In this document: positions 13,330-27,299 of the stretch, one piece after another
Layout of the letters: every line of letters starts with the position of its first letter
Numbering within the stretch: the stretch's first letter is position 1
Made by a program: the position numbers and the translations under genes
Source of the DNA: Hemiscyllium ocellatum
Taxonomy: Eukaryota
Direction: 5' to 3'
NCBI RefSeq assembly: GCF_020745735.1
Contig: NC_083449.1
Span: 13,193,868 to 13,257,867 of the forward strand
Length of the DNA stretch: 64,000 bases
Notes under the pieces: model-generated
The model's database searches: none
The model's input: the letters and a program-made list of their open reading frames with translations, nothing else
Told to the model about the DNA's origin: nothing

Positions 13330-13960
13330 CACACACGCTCCTTTACACACAGACACACTCCCAAACTCACATGCACCCTCTCCCAGACTTAGACACCTTT
13401 ACACTCACACTCACTCTCTCAGACACTCATAATACACACCACCACCTCACCACCCCCACTTCCCACAAACCCATATGTGCATCTGTGTTTGTGAGGCGAA
13501 TTTGAACTTTGCTCAAAAACTGCATGAATCCATGTTCGACTCTGTTCACTCATTTGTTAGGTTAGAATCAGTCTTAACATTCCAACACAGACAACAGAAC
13601 ACAGAGGGCTAACACCTTCAACATCTTATCTGGCCTGACACCAGTTAACCTGAGAATGTAACTTTTAAAATAAATTTTGTGATTTTCATCTGAAAGACGT
13701 GAAACTGTCATGGTCATTCTAACAGAAGAGAGGCTTATCAAACAATAAAGGTATTTTTCAATGTATAATTTCAGTTACATCACACTGTAAACTTTTGCTA
13801 TAAATTCTGTGTCTAACAATTGTTTACTACACAACTGTCTGATGAAGGAACAGCGCTCCGAAAGATTGTGCTTCCAATTAAACCTGTTGGACTATTACCT
13901 GGTGTTGTGTGATTTTTAAACTTCGTACAGGCCAGCCCAGCACCAGCATCTCCAAATCAT
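13330..13960 (+). mobile_element. Degenerate repeat with a Penelope-like 3' end (second family); inverse relative at about 8120-8700
   Basis: TCTGATGAAGGAACAGCGCTCCGAAAG..aaacctgttggactat.acctggtgttgtgtgattttt terminus; reverse-complement copy near 8120-8215. Confidence 0.55.
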
Positions 13961-13989
13961 TAACAATGTATCCAGAGTAAGGGACAGAG

Positions 13990-16900
13990 ATTAGGGACAA
14001 AAAAAGTCAAAACAATAGCATTTTAAAAGGGAGAAAGGCAGACTAGACGGTGCTATTTTCTGGGTCTGTAGATTGTGAAGGAGCAAAAATAGCCTTTGCA
14101 GTGATATGTACTTCTTGTCAGATGTGGGAATTTAAAGAGAGTTTAAGGGTTACTGCAGATTATATCTGCCATAAATGCTGTTGGATGCAAATCTTATTAG
14201 ATAGAGGGATCGGTTGGAGAGACAAATAGAAGCCATGAGGAATTTGCAACAGCTACAGTATGTGATGGATGGCAGTTATAGAAAGGTTGGGGGTGGGGGG
14301 GGGGGGAGTCTCAGATACAGTCACATAGATGGGTTAACTCCAGGAAGGGTGAGAGAGGTAGGCAGCTAGATTAGATTACTTACAGTGTGGAAACAGGCCC
14401 TTCGGCCCAACAAGTCCACACCGACCCGCCGAAGCGCAACCCACCCATACCCCTACATTTACCCCTTACCTAACACTATGGGCAAGTTAGCATGGCCAAT
14501 TCACCTGACCCGCACATCTTTGGACTGTGGGAGGAAACCGGAGCACCCGGAGGAAACCGGATGAGAAGTCTTTTGTGGATATACCCATTTCCAAAATGGG
14601 TATGCTGTTTTGGAAAATGTAGGGGGTGATGGATTCTCAGGGGAACGTAGCACAAACAGCCAAGTTTCTGGTATTGAGACTGGCTCTAATGCAATGAGGG
14701 GTACGTCGGCTTCCAAGAGATCAATTGTGTTAGGGGATTCTGTAGTCCAAGGTACACTCAGATGTTTCTGTGGCCAGCAGAGAAAAAGCAGAATGGTATG
14801 TTGCCTCCCTGGTGCCAGGATCAAGGATGTCTCAGAGAGGGTGCAGAATGTTCTCACGGGGGAGAGGGGCCATTGTCCACATTGGAACCAACGACATTGG
14901 AAGGGAAAAGTTGAGACTCTGAAGGGAGATTACAGAGAGTTAGGTATAATATTAAAAATTAGGTCCTTCAGGGTAGTAATATCTGGATTACTCCCAGTGC
15001 TACGAGCTAGTGAGGGCAGGAAAAGGAGGATAGAACAGATGAGTGCATGGCTGAGGAGCTGGTGCATGGGAGAAGGATTCACATTTTTGGATCATTGTAA
15101 TCTCTTTTGGGGTAGACGTGACCTGTACAAGAAGGACGGATTGCACCTCAATTGGAAGGGGACTATTATACTGGCAGGGAAATATGCTCGAACTGCTTGG
15201 GAGGATTTAAACTAGTCAGGTGGTGGTGGTGGGTGGGGGATGGGACCCAGGGAGATAGTGAGGAAAGAGATCAATCTGAGATGGGTACAGCTGAGAACAG
15301 ACGTGAGTCGAACAGGCAGGGACAAGGTAGGACTAATAATTAAACTGCATTTATTTCAATGCAAGGGGCCTAATAGGGAATGCAGATGAACTCAGGGCAT
15401 GGTTAGGAACATGGGATATCATAGCAATTACGGAAACATGGCTCGGGGTGAGCAGGACTGGCAGCTGAATGTTCCAGGATACAAATGCTACAGGAAGGAT
15501 AGAAAGGGAGGCAAAAGAGGAGGGGGAGTGTCATTTTTGATAAGGGATAGCATTACAGCTGTGCTAAGGGAGGATATTCCCAAAAATACATCCAGGGAAG
15601 TTTTTTGGGTGGAACTGAGAAAGAAGAAAGGGATGATCACCTTATTGGGATTGTATTATGGACCCACCAATAGTCAGAGGGAAATTGAGAAACAAACTTG
15701 TAAGGAGATCTCAGCTATCAGTAACAATAATAGGGTGGTTATGGTAGGGGATTTTAACTTTCCAAACATCAACTGGGACTGCCATGTGTTAAAGGTTTAG
15801 ATGGAGAGGAATTTCTTAAGCGTGTACAAGACAAGTTTCTGATTCAGTACGTGGATGTACCTACTAGAGAAGGTGCAAAACTTCATCTACTCTTGGGAAA
15901 TAAGGCAGGGCAGGTGACTGAGGTGTCAGTGGGGGAGCAATTTGGGGCCAGTGACCATAATTCTATTCGTTTTAAAATAGTGATGGAAAAGGATAGACCA
16001 GATCTAAAAGTGAAGTTCTAAATTGGAGAAAGGCCAATTTTGATGGTATTAGGTAAGAACTTTCAAAAGCTGATTGGAGGCAGATGTTCGCAGGTAAAGG
16101 GACGGCTGGAAAATGGGAAGCTTCAGAAATGAGATAACAAGAATCCAGAGAAAGTATATTCCTGTCAGGGTGAAAGGGAAGGCTGGTAGGTATAGGGAAT
16201 GCTGGATGACTAAAGAAATTGAGGGTTTGGTTAAGAAAAAGAAGGAAGCATATGTCAGGTACAGTCAGGATAGATCGAGTGAATCCTCAGAAGAGTATAA
16301 AGGAAGTAGGAGTATACTTAAGAGGGAAATCAGGAGGGCAAAACGGGGACATGAGATAGCTTTGGCAAATAGAATTAAGGAGAATCCAAAGGGGTTTTAC
16401 AAAGACATTAAGGACAAAAGGGTAACTAGGGAGAGAATAGGGCCCCTCAAGGATCAGCAAGGCGGCCTGTGTGGAGCCTCAGAAAATGGGGGAAATACTA
16501 AATGAATATTTAACATCAGTATTTACTGTGGAAAAGGATATGGAAGATATAGACTGTAGGGATATAAATGGTGACATCTTTCAAAATGTCCAGATTTCAG
16601 AGGAGGAAGTGCTGGATGTCTTGAAACGGTTAAAGGTGGACAAATCCTCAGGACCTGAGCAGGTGTACCCGAGAACTCTGTGGGAAGCTAGAGAAGTGAT
16701 TGCTGGGCCTCTTGCTGAGATATTTGTATCATCGATAGTCACAGGTGAGGTGCCGGAAGACTGGAAGTTGGCTAACGTGGTGCTACTGTTTAAGAAGGGT
16801 GGTAAGGACAAGCCAGGGAATTATAGACCAGTGAGCCTGACCTCGGGCAAGTTGTTGGAGGGAATCCTGAGGGAGAGGATGTACATGTATTTGGAAAGGC

Positions 16901-18200
16901 AAGGACAGGTTCAGGATAGTCAACATGGTTTGTGAGACATGGAAATCATGTCTCACAAACTTGATTGAGTGTTTTTGAAGAAGTACAAAGAGTATTGATG
17001 AGGGCAGAGCAGTAGATGCGATCTATATGGAGTTCAGTTAGGCGTTCGACAAGGTTCCCCATGGGAGACTGATTAGCAAGGTTAGATCTCATGGAATACA
17101 GGGAGAACTAGCTACTTGAATACAGAACTGGCTCAGAGGTAGAAGACAGAGGGTGGTGGTGGAGGACGGTTGATTTTCAGAATGGAGGCCCGTGACCAGT
17201 GGAGTGCCACAAGGAACGGTGGTGGGCCCTCTACTTTTTGTCATTTTATGTAAATGATTTAGATGCGAGCATAAGAGGTACAGTTAGTAAGTTTTTAGAA
17301 AACACCAAAATTGGAGGTGTAGTGGACAGCGATGTGGGTTACCTCAGATTACAACAGGATCTGGACCAGATGGGCCAATGGGCTGAGAATGGCAGATGGA
17401 GTTTAATTCAGATAAATACGTGGTGCAGCATTTTCAGAAAGCTAATCTTAGCAGGACTTATACACTTAATAGTAAGGTCCTAGGGAGTGTTGCAGAATAA
17501 AGAGACCTTGGAGTGCAGGTTCATAGTTCCTTGAGAGTGGAGTTGCAGGGAGATAGGATAGTGAAGAAGGCATTTGATATGCTTTCCTTTATTGGTCAGA
17601 GTATTGAGTACAGGAGTTGGGAGGTCATGTTGCAGCTGTACAGGACATTGGTTAGGCCACTGTTGGAATATTGTGTGCAATTCTGGTCTCTTCCTTTCAG
17701 AAAGATGCTGTGAAACTTGAAAGAGTTCAGAAAAGATTTACAAGGATATTGCCAGGGTTGGAGGACTTGAGCTACAAGGAGAGGCTGAACAGGCTGGGGC
17801 AGTTTTCCTTGGAGGGTCAGAGGCTGAGGGGTGACCTTATAGAGTTTTACAAATTTATGAGGGGCATGGATAGGATAGATAGGCAAAGTGTTTTTCCTGG
17901 AGTCGGGGAGTCCAGAACTAGAGGGCATCAGTTTAGGGTGAGAGGGGAAAGGTATAAAAGAGACATTTGAGGCAACTTTTTCACGCAGAGGGTGGTACGT
18001 GTATGGAATGAGCTGCCTGAGGACGTGGTGGAGGCTGGTAAATTGCAACATTTAAGAGGTATTTGGATGGGTAGATGAATAGAAGGGTTTGGAGGTATAT
18101 GGACTGGGTGCTGGCAGGTGGAACTAGATTGGGTTGGGATATCTGGGTCAGCATGGACAGGTGGGACCGAAGGGTCTGTTTCCATGTTGTACATCTCTAT
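13990..18200 (+). mobile_element. Near full-length CR1 LINE (ORF1 Zn-finger + SGNH esterase; ORF2 APE-RT), frameshifted, SINE inserted in ORF1
   Basis: CxxC at about 14105; ORF 14610..15215 IVLGDS..DGLHLN (esterase); 15399..15800 APE (VMVGDFNFPNINW); 16471..16935 and 17199..17970 RT (PGNYRPVSLTS..); CR1 3' UTR ending about 18200. Confidence 0.92.
14368..14560 (-). mobile_element. HE1-like SINE 3' half inserted in CR1 ORF1
   Basis: (tagat)n tail and acagtgtggaaacaggcccttcggcccaacaagtcc..ggaggaaaccggagcacccggagg, near-identical to 19226-19420. Confidence 0.85.
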
Positions 18201-19225
18201 GAAAACCATCACAAAAGTCAGACTTTTGTGGCATTTTCAAATGCCCCTCTGTATTCTGTCATAAGAAATGATCACAAATTGCTCCAGTTATGGTTTGAAT
18301 CACATGTCCCTGCTTGCTGCCCATACCCAGAGACTCCCTTATCTAATTAAAAGACGACATATGGTTATCAAGTCTTCACCTCAGCTCATAAACCATCACC
18401 AACGGCTCGCTGTGAAATAATAACAAGATCAGCAAGTTCCACATTTCTTTCTTCGCCTCATATTCTAAACTGTGTCCCTTACATTTTGAAAGTTTGTCTC
18501 TGACAGCAGACAGGAACATTTACAGCATGTTACATCCGGGCAATACTCGCATGGAGATTTGAAAATAAAATGTTAATCAGTGACATTTTCCCAGCATCTC
18601 CTGCCCCAACTCCCTTCAGAAAGTTCTCCTTTCCCCTAAAGGTCACCCATTCTCCTTCAAACCTCTCCAACATCCCCCTAAACGTTGTTTCAATTCCCAA
18701 ACAGGGAACTGCTCCATTCGCCAATCCGGAGGGGGCCCGGGGAGGAAGGCGGAAGCTCCCGGCCCCACATCATCAACCGCTTTCTTTCCAATTTGAAAAG
18801 CCCGCCAATATGTCATGGAAAGGGGATACTTTAACACGGAAGAATGCACGAATACTCGAGTTAATTCTACTTTAAAAATGTACACTTTACACAGTCTCCC
18901 TTTACCCCATTCCCCCGCCCACTTCAATCTGCCCATTTCTGATCTGGAATGGGATTTTCTGAACTTGAAGCTCAGCGGAAACAAAAAAGGCGCCAAACAC
19001 TGCAATGTGCAACTAATCCTTTCCTTCCCATTTCAGGAGCACCCGGTTATATTGATCAAACATCAGGGAACGTTCTCCGGCGTGGGCGCGTTAACAGCGA
19101 ACACCGCCTTTCGGGAAGATGTTCAAGTTGCCCTCCCTATTGGACTCGATCAGAGATCAGTAAAAGGCCCACATTTACGGGGCCAGTCTTGCTGCTGTTC
19201 TGGGGTTAGTGCAGATCATTTGGAA

Positions 19226-19556
19226 TTAGATTAGACTTACAGTGTGGAAACAGGCCCTTCAGCCCAACAAGTCCACACCGACCCGCCGAAGCGCAACCCA
19301 CCCATACCCCTACATTTACCCCTTACCTAACACTACGGGCAATTTAGCTTGGCCAATTCACCTGACCCGCACATCTTTGTGACTGTGGGAGGAAACCGGA
19401 GCACCCGGAGGAAACCCACGCAGACACGGGGAGAACGTGCAAACTCCACACAGTCAGTCGCCTGAGTCGGGAATTGAACCCGGGTCTACAGGCGCTGTGA
19501 GGCAGCAGTGCTAACCACTGTGCCACCGTGCCGCCCACTGTGCCACCGTGCCGCCC
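19226..19556 (-). mobile_element. Full-length HE1-like tRNA-derived SINE with duplicated 5' 20 bp
   Basis: Minus strand GGCGGCACGGTGGCACAGTGG x2, A/B-box-like head ..GACCCGGGTTCAATTCCCG, CR1-like tail + (taatc)n. Confidence 0.9.
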
Positions 19557-19974
19557 ACTAAATGTCTCCCCGGCAGCATTTATAGCATTCTGCATCCGGA
19601 CAATACTCGCATGGAGATTTGGAAATAAAAACCAAGGCAAATGGGACGCAGGGGGAAACATTTCCTTTGCCTGCCGGCGGGTGGGTTGGTTTGTAGGGAG
19701 TGAAACTCGGGGTTCATACCCCACAGGGACCTTTTGCTCCTGAACTGATCGAGTAACGCGGAAGCAGCTGAGAAATGACTGTGGCATTTACCATGATCTC
19801 CCTCCCGGGCAGGGATTACAGGATATACAGGAATATATCCGAGAATAAGGCGCGCAGAGGGTCGGCGGGCACTCATTCATTGACACAATCTTCATCCAAC
19901 CCCAATACCGTGGTCACATTCACCGTACATACCCAGAACGATACTAGTTCAGCTGTTTCACGGAAGGTGGAGGT

Positions 19975-19990
19975 GGCTCTGAAAAGAGCC
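19975..19990 (-). terminator. Histone mRNA 3' stem-loop (H2B)
   Basis: Minus-strand GGCTCTTTTCAGAGCC-ACC. Confidence 0.95.
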
Positions 19991-20023
19991 GTTGGGTTTT
20001 GGTTTTCACTCCAATGCTGCCCT

Positions 20024-20404
20024 TCACTTGGAGCTGGTGTACTTGGTCACCGCCTTTGTGCCCTCCGACACGGCGTGCTTGGCCAGCTCCCCGGGCAGCA
20101 GCAGCCGCACGGCGGTCTGGATCTCCCGGGAGCTGATGGTGCTGCGCTTGTTGTACTGGGCCAGGCGGGAAGCTTCCCCCGCGATCCGCTCGAAAATATC
20201 TTTGACGAACGAGTTCATGATGCTCATGGCCTTGGAGGAGATGCCGGTGTCGGGGTGAACCTGCTTCATCACTTTGTAGATGTAGATGGAGTAAGTTTCT
20301 TTCCTCCGCCGCCTCCTCTGCTTGACGCCCTTCGCTGCCGGCTTCTTGACCATTTTCTTAGCGCCCTTTTTGGGGACTGCCTGTGCTTTCTTCTCATCCG
20401 CCAT
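20024..20404 (-). CDS. H2B: Histone H2B (replication-dependent)
   Basis: [49 protein letters not shown], 126 aa; ATG at 20404. Confidence 0.98.
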   Translation of the reverse strand: MADEKKAQAVPKKGAKKMVKKPAAKGVKQRRRRRKETYSIYIYKVMKQVHPDTGISSKAMSIMNSFVKDIFERIAGEASRLAQYNKRSTISSREIQTAVRLLLPGELAKHAVSEGTKAVTKYTSSK

Positions 20405-20458
20405 CCTGCCGCTCCCTTTCACACACAGTGTAAGGGGAAAGCGGGCTCCGAGCTCGCC

Positions 20459-20557
20459 TTTTATACACTGACAGCGTCAGTAATGCTAATGAGGGATGGG
20501 GAAGGCCTGCTCTCTGATTGGCTGCCTTACAGGAAATATTCACCTCGCTCTGATTGG
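20459..20557 (-). promoter_or_regulatory. H2B promoter: TATA, octamer variant, two CCAAT boxes
   Basis: Minus-strand TATAAAA (about 20459-20465), ATTAGCAT (20483-20490), CCAAT (20517-20521, 20553-20557): the classic H2B layout. Confidence 0.8.
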
Positions 20558-21184
20558 TTACTGTGGGACACGATGCTGACCTGCAGAGAATCCCAAAATG
20601 TGGATCTATCAGGATCTGCAATGACATGGGGAACACAAACCGAACTCTTGAGCAGGGATCAACCTCCGAGCTCACTCTAAATTGTGAGACCCTAATTCCG
20701 ATTTATCCTGCATCTTTTAATAATGGTTCTCTTTTCTCATCCCTTTGAAAATTGGCATCACTTCTGTCGCCAAGTGACAAAGTGCAGTGCAATCTGACAG
20801 GGAGTGTGTTTCTCTCCTGGAAATGGTGGAACTACTTGGCAATTGCATCTGGTTTGTGTTTCTTGCTCTACACTCTCTGTAGATTAAGGACATTCTACCA
20901 GCATCTCATCGGTCAGCCCCCTTCAGTTTCCATTTCCCCTTAAGGTTCCACACCCTTCTTCAATTCTCCAATGAGAATAGGCCCAAACTATTCATACATT
21001 CCTCAGAATAGCTGCCTGTGTGTGTAACACTGTCAGTTTTACTTTGATTACCGCCCTGAATAAAAGGGAACTGATGTATTGGGACCTGTGCCTTTTATTT
21101 TCTGCTGATCACATGAATTTTAATATAGTAATGTCCAATAAACACACTTGGCAAAAAGAGAAATTCAATAAAACAAATGATTTC

Positions 21185-21420
21185 TTTCAGTGTCGAGAGC
21201 GTAGTGCTGGAAAAACACAGCAGGCCAGGCAGCCTCGTAGGAACAGGAGAATCGATGTTTCGGGCAGAAGCCCTTCATCAGGAAGCCCTTCCCTTCCTGA
21301 TGAAGGGCTTATGCCCAAAATGTTGATTCTCATGCTCCTCAGATGCTGCCTGGCCTGCTGTGCTTTTCCAGCAGTACACACTCAACTCTGATCTCCAGCA
21401 CCTGCAGTCCTCCCTTTCTC
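21185..21420. mobile_element. Penelope-derived fold-back insert
   Basis: tgctggaaaaacacagcaggccaggcagc..cttcatcaggaa / ttcctgatgaagggcttatgccc..tgcctggcctgctgtgcttttccagca. Confidence 0.75.
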
Positions 21421-21529
21421 CAGATTTGTTGCAGTTCCTGAGTGTATATTTTGGATGAGAATTCAGTCTATCCATCTTCAAAATAGTGCGAGTGTCAATG
21501 GGGCTATAAATGGTGGAATTTGTTCAGAT

Positions 21530-24500
21530 ACAGCTGATAATATGTACCGGTCAGCCTCTACAATGTAAATGTAAGAGTTTATTTACCAGCCTGTCCCAGT
21601 CAGTTTCTGATCTGTTAATCTAAGAGGGTCAGTAATAGTCTGTACCGATCTGTTTCTGGTTTGTTAATGTGTCAATGCATTTATCAATATGTACCTGTCA
21701 GTTGCAGCCAATGTGAATGTGAGAGTGCCGTTATCAATCTCTGCCCATCAGATTCTGCTGTGTGAACGAGACTGTCATTTTCAGTCTATGCCTGTCAGGT
21801 TGGTCATGTGAACAAGTGATGGTCAATTAATGTGTCCCTGTCAGTTGTTGCAATACAAATATGTGAATGTAGTTATCACTCTGTCCATGTCACTTTCTGA
21901 TGTGTGCATACATGTATGTAGTTATCAATCTGTACCTATCAGTTTCTGCTCTGTGCATGTAGGTGCATTTATCAATCTATTCCTGCCAGTCTTTCCAATG
22001 TAAAAGTGAATTTATCAATCTTTCACTATTAGCTTTTGCTCTCTGAATCTGTACCTGTCAAAGTTTATGTACCTATGAGTTTATCTGAGTTTAAGTTTGA
22101 TCTGCCCTGTCAGACTTTGTGTGAATTTATAAATAGAGTTACCAATCGATACCTGTCAGTTTTTCTTGCTGAATATGTGTGTGTGTAATTGTCAGTCTAT
22201 TCTCAACCAATTCTGCTGAGTAAATATGAGAATATCAGAAGCAAATATTCCTGTCAGTCTCTGCAAAGTGAATAAGTGAGTGTATGGTTATCAAATGTCC
22301 CTGCTGGTTTCTGGTACGTGAGAGAGGGCGTTGTTATCAATCTGTAACTGTCAGTGTTTGGCTTTGAGAATGTGTAGATACATTTGTCACTCTGTACCTG
22401 TCAGATACGTGTGAGACTCTATTCAAAGTTAAGTGTCTTTATCAAATTGTACTTGCCAGAAGATCTTCTCTGCATATACCAGTCAGTTTCTTCAACGTGA
22501 ATTTGTGAGCACATGTTTGAATCCATCTCTACCATTTTCTGCCAAGTCAATATGTGAGGCAGTTATCAATCTGCACCTCTCAGATTCTGCTGTGTGAAAT
22601 TGTGTGTAGCTAACAAACTGTATCTGTGAGTTTATGTTACGTGAAAGGGGGAGTGTTATTATTGATTTGTTCCTGTGATTTTCTGTTATTGACAAGAGGC
22701 GTGTAATTACCAATCTGTCCCTGTCAGTGTCTCTTCTGTATATCTGAGAAAGTAATACATCCGTCCATGTGAGTGTTTGCTATGTGAATAATAGTGCACA
22801 TATCAACCAATATCTAGCAGTTTCACCTATGAGAATGAGTATTGCTATCAGTCTCTTACCAGTCAGTTTCTGCTTGGTGAATATGAGTGTATTTATTAAT
22901 TATTCCTTGTCAGTATCTGTCTTGTGAATATGTGAATGAGGTTATCAATTTATAAAGCTGTCAGTTTCAGCTATGTCCAAATCAAAATAAAATTATTAAT
23001 TTCTTCCTATCAGATTCTGCTTTGTGAATATAGTGCAGTTATCAATCTGTCTTTGCTATGTGAGCATCCAAATATAGTTATCAACATGGACATGTCAGTT
23101 TTCACAATGCAATGTGTGTGTTTTCCCAACTAATGCATGACCTCATCTGTGCCAATTAATCTCTGTTTGCTATATCAATATGTGAGAGTGGATCTGTACA
23201 GTCGGTCTCTCCTATGCCAGTGTAGTTATCAAATTTTTCCGGTTAGTTTCTGCTTTGTGTAGTGATTAATCTATACCTGTCAGTTTCCGCAAGGTGAATG
23301 CATGAGTTGTGTCATGCATATGTATCTATCAGACTCGACTCTGTGAATATATCAAAGCAGGTATCGTGCTGTGCCCGTCAGTTTCTGCTCTGTAAATCTG
23401 ACAGTGTGGTTATCAATCTGATCTTGTCAGTTTTGGGTTTGTGCATGTGTGTATTTCTCCTATTTGAATATATGAACTTAGTTATCATTCTGTAAAGATG
23501 GAGGCTAGGGAACTTGGGGAAATAAATATTGATGTCTTGAAAACAGTACACATGACAGTAAAGAAGGTCCTAGAGGTGTTCAAAAAAAACATAAAAGTGA
23601 CTAAATCTCTGGAACATCATCATGTATATCTCAGGATGTAGTGGAAAACTTATGTTGATAACTTCTAAAAATGACATTCTGTTTTCTTTCTTTTTTGTAA
23701 TATTTCATAGGGAGGATCCCTGTCAGTTACTGCAATATGAATGTGTGACTGTGGATATCAAACCTGTACTTGTCAGTTTCTATGTGAATATGTGGGTGTA
23801 GTTATCAATCTCAGTGTCTGCAATATGAATTACACTGCCATTATCAGTCTCTACCTGTCAGTTTGTGCTACATCCATATGTGATTTTAGCTATCGATCTG
23901 TACCTGTGTTGGTTTCTGTCATATCAATGTGTGGGTGTCATCATCAATCTGTCCCTGTCAGTTACTGCAATGTGAATGGGTGACTGTAGTTATCAAGCTG
24001 TAACTGTGTCTGCCATGTGAATATGAGCGTCGTTATCTTCAGTTTCTAACAGCAAATGTGTGAGGATAGTTGTCATTCTATACCTGTCAGGTTTTGCTTG
24101 TCAATCTGATATAGTTATTGATCTGTACTGCTCTGTGAAAATGTGAGATGAGTTATTGATACAGTGTGACACTAGGAGTATTATGGTTATTAATCTGTTC
24201 CTGTCAGGTTCTGCTATGTCGACATGATAGATTTGTTATCAAACTTTCTCTGTCAGTAACTACGATGTGAATGTCTGAGTATATTTACCAACCTGTTCCT
24301 GACAGTTTCAGCTCTGTGTATCTGAGTGTGCAGTGACAATTATTAATCTGTAACTTTCAGTATCCACTAGGTGAATGTGTGAATGCATTTATCAATCTTT
24401 CTCTATTAGCTTCTGTGTTGTAAGTATGTGAACGTGCTTAGCAATTTGTCCCTGCCAGTCTGTTATATAAGTATGTAAATATAGTAACCAATTTCTCCTT

Positions 24501-24710
24501 TTCAGTTTGTACTATGTGTTAGAAACTGTACTCAACAATCTATATATACATGTTTCTGTAATGTGAGCAGGAAACTACAGTTATCGATCTTCTTTTGTAC
24601 ACTTCTTCCCTGTGAATGTGTCAGTATAGTCATCAATCTGTACATGCCAGCTTCTGCTTTGTGAATCTGTGAATTTAGTTATCAATCTCTGCCTGTCAGT
24701 TCTGCTCAGT
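21530..24710. repeat. Long degenerate ~50-bp satellite array (interrupted at about 23495-23720)
   Basis: Dozens of decayed GTTATCAATCTGT(A/C)CCTGTCAGTTTCTGC..GTGAAT(A/G)TG units. Confidence 0.8.
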
Positions 24711-25149
24711 TCATTTGTTTTGGGTCATGGATTGTGACATGGAAATTTGAAGAGTTTTCTCACTCCTTCAGTACACAGTCTAACTGGAAGGAATGATATC
24801 AGGGGCTGTTCTTCAGGATGCCATCAGCTTTTCTCAGAGAATAGTTGCATACTTTTGTGAATAATGCTGAGAAATGGATAGGTGTTACATTCTGTTGTTA
24901 ATGTGTGAGGGAAAGGGGAACAAACAAATAAACTGTATTGCAGCTGACTGACCAAAGCATTCCTTCTACAGGAAAAAGAACTGGCTAGTTCATTTCATTG
25001 TTCTATTCTGAATATTATAAAACCCTGTTCAGTAGTGTGACGGTGCAAGGCATTGGCAGTAGTCTCTGATGCTCTTTGGTGGGAATGTCAATAGCAAAAG
25101 GAATTGTGCTTTCTGTTATACAGTGGGGAAGATTTAAACCATTCAGGTA

Positions 25150-25720
25150 AATTTAGCAGCTGTACAATACTCTGGGGAGGACACACTTGGAGTATTGCCT
25201 ACATTTGTGGTCACCGCATTATACGATGGATGTGGAAACATTGAAAGCGTGCAGAGGAGGTTTACCAGGACATTGCCTGGTATGAAAGCAAAGTCTTATG
25301 AGGAAGGGCTGAGGGACATGAAGCTGTTTTCATTAGAGAGAAGAAGGTTAAGATGTGACTTAAGAGATGATCAGAGGATTTGTTAGGGTGGACAGTGAGA
25401 ACCTTTTTCCTTGGATGGTGAAGGCTAGCATGAGGGGATGTGTATGAATGTGAATTAAATTACCTTTAAATTGAGGGGTGATAGATACAGGACAGATGTC
25501 AGAGGTAGGTTCTTTACTCAGAGAGCAGTAAGAGCATGGAATGACCTCCCTGCAACAGTAGTATACTCGCCAACTGTGAAGGTATTTAAATGGTCATTGG
25601 ATAAATATATGGATGATAATGGAATAGTGTAGGTTAGATGGGCTTCAGGTTGGTGTCACAGGTCAGTGCAACATCAAGGGTGAAAGGCCTGTAATGGGCT
25701 GTAACATTCAATGTTCTATG
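25150..25720 (+). mobile_element. CR1 LINE 3' fragment
   Basis: VQRRFTR.LPGM..SYEE.LR..LFSLERRRLR motif and CR1 3' UTR. Confidence 0.8.
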
Positions 25721-27299
25721 TGAAGAAAATTTACAAATTACAAGGCTTGGCTAATTGATCTTTCTTCATCAGAATAAAAGGTGATTATTTGATTGTATGA
25801 TTAATTTGAGGAAATGACATTCTATTTTCCTCCTTTTTTGTAATATTTCATAGGGTGGGACATGTGGGACTCTTTGTACAAGATTGAAGTGAATTTGGGA
25901 ACAAAGTTACACTACAGTTTTTTAAAAAAGAAACTTATTGCTGGGCAGAGGGAAAACATAGTTTCTCTGCTTGCAAGGTGAACAAGGTGAGAATTCTGTT
26001 GATATAAAGGAGGGGTTGGCAGCTCCTCTGCTGCCATGACACACTTATTGAAATGGAATGCTGGCTGAATAGGATTAGGTGCTTGTCTTTGTAAAACATT
26101 TTGGATGCAGTCACGTCTGTTCCCTGCAATGTAAATGGATGTACATTGTTGTTAGTCTTTGTACCTTGTGTGTCGATACGTTGAGTGTCTCTGGGACTCG
26201 ATCTGAATCAGCCAGTTCCTTTGTGTATGTGTGTCTGCTCAGTCATGATTCACTAATTGTCATATTTGGCTGTTGAAATGATGTAACAGTGTGATGTCAT
26301 TATCTTTCTGGTTTGTGACATTTAAAATGCCCTTATTAAATACAATCTTCATTTACTTCCCAATTATGTACCTTAGATAAGGAGTCAGCCTATAACACTT
26401 CAAACATGGTGTGAATGTTAATGCGTTATGAATGATATTAATTGAAAGTGGGAAGACATCTATGGGGAATGGAGAGAGAAAAGAAACTTGCCTTTCCACT
26501 GTTGTGTCTGACTATTTGTTTGGATAAGTCTCTGGAAACTGAACTCAATCTAAGTCTGTTTCAATCTGGTCTGAGACTGTGGAAAGGAAATTCTCCACTC
26601 TGCCAGCAGTAACATACCTGGTGTTTGTTGGAAGCAGCTGATCACACTTAGCTTTGTACTGAGGAAATATTACATTGCCTTGGTCCTTGGAATATTTGCT
26701 TGGAGAGAGACAGAAGATGTTTCAGCTGTAAATGAACATAAAGCCAAGTTAGGCAAGATCAAACTGATCAGTGTGGCCATTCAGTTAATAATCATTAGGG
26801 ATTTTTGAAACTCAGCAATTCGAACAGAACCAGACTTTGATTCCAGTTTTTTCCCTGACTTGCTCCTCATCTCATTTTCTTTTATTCCCATTTGTTAACG
26901 ATTGGGTGAGATCCAGAAACTAACATCTGTACACCTCCATGACTGGGAATTCCAGAAGCAGTTGCAATGGTGACATACACCAATATCAAGTTGCCAACAT
27001 ACTGATTGAGGGAAAAAGGCGCTGATTCTAATGTTTCACTCGAAACTTTGAACCTGTTGAGTCTAGTACGTGTCCTTTCTGGGATTGTCACACAATTATA
27101 GTCTGTGCATCCATTATTCACTGCCCAATATCAACAGACAGCCTGAAACAGAAGCCAAACAATGAATTGCCATCAGTGTTCAGGGGATTGCAAACCACAA
27201 GAATGGCCCACAGCAGCTCCTTCCCGCTCTCTCTCCCCCAAGAAGCCCCCCGCACCACACACACACCCCGGGAAAGACCTCCCTCTTCCCCCCCACAGC

